From an uncultured Gemmatimonadota bacterium (GTDB taxonomy: Bacteria > Gemmatimonadota > Gemmatimonadetes > Palauibacterales > Palauibacteraceae), in the NCBI GenBank assembly GCA_964518305.1, contig CAZFDK010000009.1:13754-77753 (forward strand): a stretch of 64,000 nt of DNA, in the 5' to 3' direction. A program made the translations under genes and the position numbers. The notes under the pieces are model-generated. The model ran no database searches and was not told where the DNA came from. It saw only the letters and a program-made list of their open reading frames with translations. Shown here in pieces: positions 60,793 to 64,000 of the stretch (positions within the stretch are counted from its first letter, which is position 1; each line of letters begins with the position of its first letter).

Positions 60793-60836
60793 GGCGGCCG
60801 GATCCCCTTCAGCGGGGACCGGCCGCCTTTTCCTTT
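60793..60836 (+). terminator. Rho-independent terminator after sod
   Basis: GGCGGCCGG.TCCCC-loop-GGGGACCGGCCGCC followed by TTTTCCTTT. Confidence 0.75.
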
Positions 60837-60983
60837 GCCACCTGCGGGCGTCTCCGCGGAGACGCTTCGGAGAACTGATCGGAGCGGATCGGAAGCCCCG
60901 GAGACTCGCCTCTCTCCAGCGTCAGACCACGAACAGGCCTGGAGAGGCCGGAGCCCGTCCGAGACCGGGGGACCCCGCGTCTA

Positions 60984-62105
60984 TTAGCCGACTCCCTCGT
61001 CGCCGAAGGAGATCCCCAGCTCCCGGGCCGTCTGAACGACGTCGCCCTCGGGCGAGACGTACTTCTTCTGCTCCAGGGCCTCCTCCATGGGCATGTGGGT
61101 GATGCCGTCCTCCCGGAGCCCCACCATGCACCCGGGGTGGCCCTCCGCGATGCAGCGGACCGCGGCGGCCCCGAACCGGAGGGCGATGAGCCGGTCATAG
61201 GGGCTGGGCGTCCCACCGCGCTGGAGGTGGCCGAGGACCACGGCCCGCGTCTCCTTGCCGGTGTGCTCGGCGATCTCCTCGGCCACGACCTGTCCGATGC
61301 CGCCCAGGCGTGTCTGGGTGACCTCGCCGGAGGGCACTTCCTTGGTCACCGCCTCCTCCCGCCCGACGTGCTGGGCGCCCTCCGCCACGCACACCACGGC
61401 GAAGTCCCGCCCCCGGCGCCTGCGCTCCCGGATCTTCTCGCATACGGCCTCGATCCGGAAGGGGATCTCGGGGATGAGGACCACATCGGCGGTGCCGGCG
61501 AGGCCGCTGTAGAGGGCGATCCAGCCGGCGTCCCGGCCCATGACCTCGACGACCATCACCCGTTCGTGCGCCTCGGCCGTGGTGTGGATCTTGTCGATGG
61601 CCTCCGTGGCGGTCTCGACGGCGGTGTGGAAGCCGAAGGTGAAGTCGGTGCCCGCCACGTCGTTGTCGATGGTCTTGGGTACCCCGACCACGGGCATGCC
61701 CCTGTCGGAGAGACGCTGCGCCAGGCGGAGGCTGCCGTCGCCGCCGATGGCCACGAGACAGTCGAAGCCCCGGTCGTGAAAGGCCTCCACCACCTCGTCG
61801 GAGCGGTCCCGGCGCTCGACCACCTCGCCGTCCCGGAGGACCGGCCACTCGAAGGGATTGCCGCGGCTCGTGGTACCCAGGATCGTGCCGCCCAGGAATG
61901 TGATGCCGCGAACGCGCTCGCGGGTGAGAGCCACGACCTCTCCCTCCTCACCGTGAAGCAGGCCCGCGTATCCGTCCTCGATGCCGTAGACCTCCCAGCC
62001 GCGCTGGATCGCGGCCAGGACCACAGACCGGATCACGGCGTTCAGGCCGGGCGCGTCGCCGCCTCCGGTGTTGACGGCGATTCTCTTCGTCGCTCGATCT
62101 GCCAT
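60984..62105 (-). CDS. pfkA: 6-phosphofructokinase (group III, probably ATP-dependent)
   Basis: TGGGDAPGLN, GGTILGT, GGDGS, PKTIDND, EVMGR, LGHLQRGG. Confidence 0.95.
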   Translation of the reverse strand: MADRATKRIAVNTGGGDAPGLNAVIRSVVLAAIQRGWEVYGIEDGYAGLLHGEEGEVVALTRERVRGITFLGGTILGTTSRGNPFEWPVLRDGEVVERRDRSDEVVEAFHDRGFDCLVAIGGDGSLRLAQRLSDRGMPVVGVPKTIDNDVAGTDFTFGFHTAVETATEAIDKIHTTAEAHERVMVVEVMGRDAGWIALYSGLAGTADVVLIPEIPFRIEAVCEKIRERRRRGRDFAVVCVAEGAQHVGREEAVTKEVPSGEVTQTRLGGIGQVVAEEIAEHTGKETRAVVLGHLQRGGTPSPYDRLIALRFGAAAVRCIAEGHPGCMVGLREDGITHMPMEEALEQKKYVSPEGDVVQTARELGISFGDEGVG

Positions 62106-62357
62106 GGCTGGCTCCTCGGGCCGTTACGGGGCAAGGCTACCGACCAAACTCGCCGGCCGACGGCCACGCGCCAACGGGTCGGTCGAGCGCGCGGATCGTC
62201 CGAACAGCGCCCGGAAGGGGCCCGTCGCCAGGGACCGGCCGGACCGGAACACTTTTCGCACGACCGAGGTACCGATCGGCCGCGGCTCCACCGACCGCCG
62301 AAACTCCGGATCGACGGCGCAGGGCCGGGAGAGCGAAACCAGAGCACGGTGTCATCG

Positions 62358-62816
62358 ATGTCGAACGGCGGCAGCATACTGGACTCGATTCAGGGCCTGT
62401 TCTCCTCGTCCTCCGGCGGCGGGAGCCGCGAGGCGAGGGCGTCGGAGAGCTCCCCCGTGCTCGAGCGAGTCGAGCGAGTCGAGCAGATCCGATCCGGCGT
62501 GGAGATGGCCGCCAGTGCCCTGGACGACGAGATGAAGCAGCTCCGCCGGGAGTCCCGAGAGGCGGCGTCCGCAGCGCTCGAGGCGGCCCGTAGCCGCGAG
62601 CCCGACGACGGTGAAGCGGCGGGGGCGGGTGCCGTCGAGGAACTGTCTCCCTGCATCGATGCCCTGGAGGAGCTCCACTATCGGCTGATCCGGGTCGAGG
62701 TGCATCCGGATATTCAGTCGGACGAGGAGCGGCAGCAGGCGGCCGACCGCGCCCGGGACGCCGTCCAGCGAGTCCGGGACGTGGCTGATTCCCTGTCGGA
62801 GACCGCGACGGCCTGA
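62358..62816 (+). CDS. Hypothetical helical protein
   Basis: ORF with typical codon usage between pfkA and the HAD gene; acidic and coiled-coil-like. Confidence 0.55.
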   Translation: MSNGGSILDSIQGLFSSSSGGGSREARASESSPVLERVERVEQIRSGVEMAASALDDEMKQLRRESREAASAALEAARSREPDDGEAAGAGAVEELSPCIDALEELHYRLIRVEVHPDIQSDEERQQAADRARDAVQRVRDVADSLSETATA

Positions 62817-62868
62817 GACGACTTCCCGCACCGACGATACCCCGAACCTTCCCACCACCGCGACCATC

Positions 62869-63552
62869 GTGAGCGACTCCTCCCCGACCGACGCGGCCGC
62901 CGGGCTCCTGCTCCTGGACCTGGACGGCACCCTCATCGACTCCTCCGAGCTCATCCTGGCTTCCTACCGTCACACCATGCGCGAGCATCTCGGGGAGGCG
63001 CCGCCGGATTCGGAGTGGCTGGAGGGGATGGGTAGGACGCTCCGGGCGCAGCTCCGCCGGTTCGCATCGTCGGAGGAGGAGGCTCACGCCATGGTGGAGA
63101 CGTACCGGGAGCACAACCACCGGGTACACGACCGCCTGGTGCGGACCTTCGGCGACGTGAGCGAGACGCTCAGCGATCTGCATCGCCGCGGGGTGCCCAT
63201 GGGCATCGTCACGAGCAAGGCCCGCCGGGGGGTGGAGATGGGGGTGGAGGCCTGCGGGCTCGATCCGGACTGGTTCCGGACCGTGGTGACGGCCGACGAC
63301 GTGGAGCGGCCGAAGCCCCACCCGGAGCCGGTGCTGCTGGCGCTCCGGGACATCGGGGAGAGCATGCCGGGTCGGCCGGATCCCGCCGCCACGACCTTCG
63401 TCGGGGACAGCATCCACGACCTGAGGGCGGGCAGGGCGGCCGGCGTGAAGACTGCCGCGGCGCTGTGGGGCCCGTACGACCGTGAGGAGCTGGCCCCGGG
63501 CGGGCCGGATCACTGGCTGGAGAGCGTGCAGGAGCTGGACGGGCTGATCTAG
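62869..63552 (+). CDS. HAD-superfamily hydrolase (PpaX pyrophosphatase-like)
   Basis: DLDGTLIDS, VTSK, KPHPEP, VGDS.HD..AG..AG. Confidence 0.92.
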   Translation: MSDSSPTDAAAGLLLLDLDGTLIDSSELILASYRHTMREHLGEAPPDSEWLEGMGRTLRAQLRRFASSEEEAHAMVETYREHNHRVHDRLVRTFGDVSETLSDLHRRGVPMGIVTSKARRGVEMGVEACGLDPDWFRTVVTADDVERPKPHPEPVLLALRDIGESMPGRPDPAATTFVGDSIHDLRAGRAAGVKTAAALWGPYDREELAPGGPDHWLESVQELDGLI

Positions 63553-63595
63553 ACAGCCGACCCGGATCTTCCCTCCCGGACGCCGGCTCCGATCC

Positions 63596-64000
63596 TCAGA
63601 CCCGCGCCGTCACCTCGTCCGCGTCACCGGACCGCTCCGTCCGGTTCACTTCGCCTGACCCGGCGAAGCGAAGTCTGCCCCCGTCGAGCTCGGCCTTCCG
63701 GAATGCCAGGGCCATGACCTCGTCCAGGGACGCCACCGGGTGGAAGGTGACCTCGTCCCGGACCTCCTCGGGAAGCTCCTCCAGGTCGCCCTCGTTCTCC
63801 GACGGGAGGATCATCTCACGGATCCCGGCCCGGACCGCCCCCAGCACCTTCTCCTTGACCCCGCCGATGGGCAGGACGCGGCCGGTGAGGGTGATCTCGC
63901 CCGTCATGGCGATGTCGTGGCGCACCGGGTGATCGCCCAGGGTGCTCACCAGCGCCACGGTCATGGGCAGGCCCGCGGAGGGGCCTTCCTTCGGCACGGC
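63596..64000 (-). CDS. lon: Lon protease, C-terminal part (runs off the window)
   Basis: PKEGPSAG (catalytic Ser), [21 protein letters not shown] (catalytic Lys). Confidence 0.93.
   Translation of the reverse strand, partial: AVPKEGPSAGLPMTVALVSTLGDHPVRHDIAMTGEITLTGRVLPIGGVKEKVLGAVRAGIREMILPSENEGDLEELPEEVRDEVTFHPVASLDEVMALAFRKAELDGGRLRFAGSGEVNRTERSGDADEVTARV

Noticed and set aside
62461-62484. 9-bp tandem repeat (TCGAGCGAG)
   Set aside because: Encodes ERVERVE inside a CDS; too short and without spacers, so not CRISPR.

Overview
High-GC bacterial chromosome segment spanning the replication origin. It is probably from a Gemmatimonadota-like, possibly halophilic organism; this is inferred from gene content and the visibly acidic proteins. 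The origin cluster is mnmE-yidC-yidD-rnpA-rpmH, divergent from dnaA-oriC-dnaN, followed by mostly housekeeping genes: NDP-forming acyl-CoA synthetase, NUDIX/MBL pair, mutY, dapF, corA, a gcvH-gcvPA-(MBL)-gcvPB-lipoyl ligase cluster, a peptide ABC transporter, exbB/tolQ, polA, maeB, pckA, a sigma-70 factor, priA, tatA/B, sod, pfkA and the end of lon. No tRNA, rRNA, CRISPR array, transposase or prophage was recognised. The most notable accessory system is a copper-acquisition operon (OprC-like TonB receptor, SCO, CtaG). It is headed by a small CruR/CutF-like leader ORF that ends in a non-canonical putative ribosome-arrest motif (NAPP), and its receptor lacks the canonical copper-binding Cys. Other leads are a radical SAM plus atypical metallophosphoesterase pair, a structured gcvH leader RNA, a RemA-like gene heading a kinase/outer-membrane-protein operon, a clear DnaA-trio unwinding element, a divergent L34 and a haloarchaeal-type PckA. 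All product calls rest on motif recognition by eye; no database searches were run.
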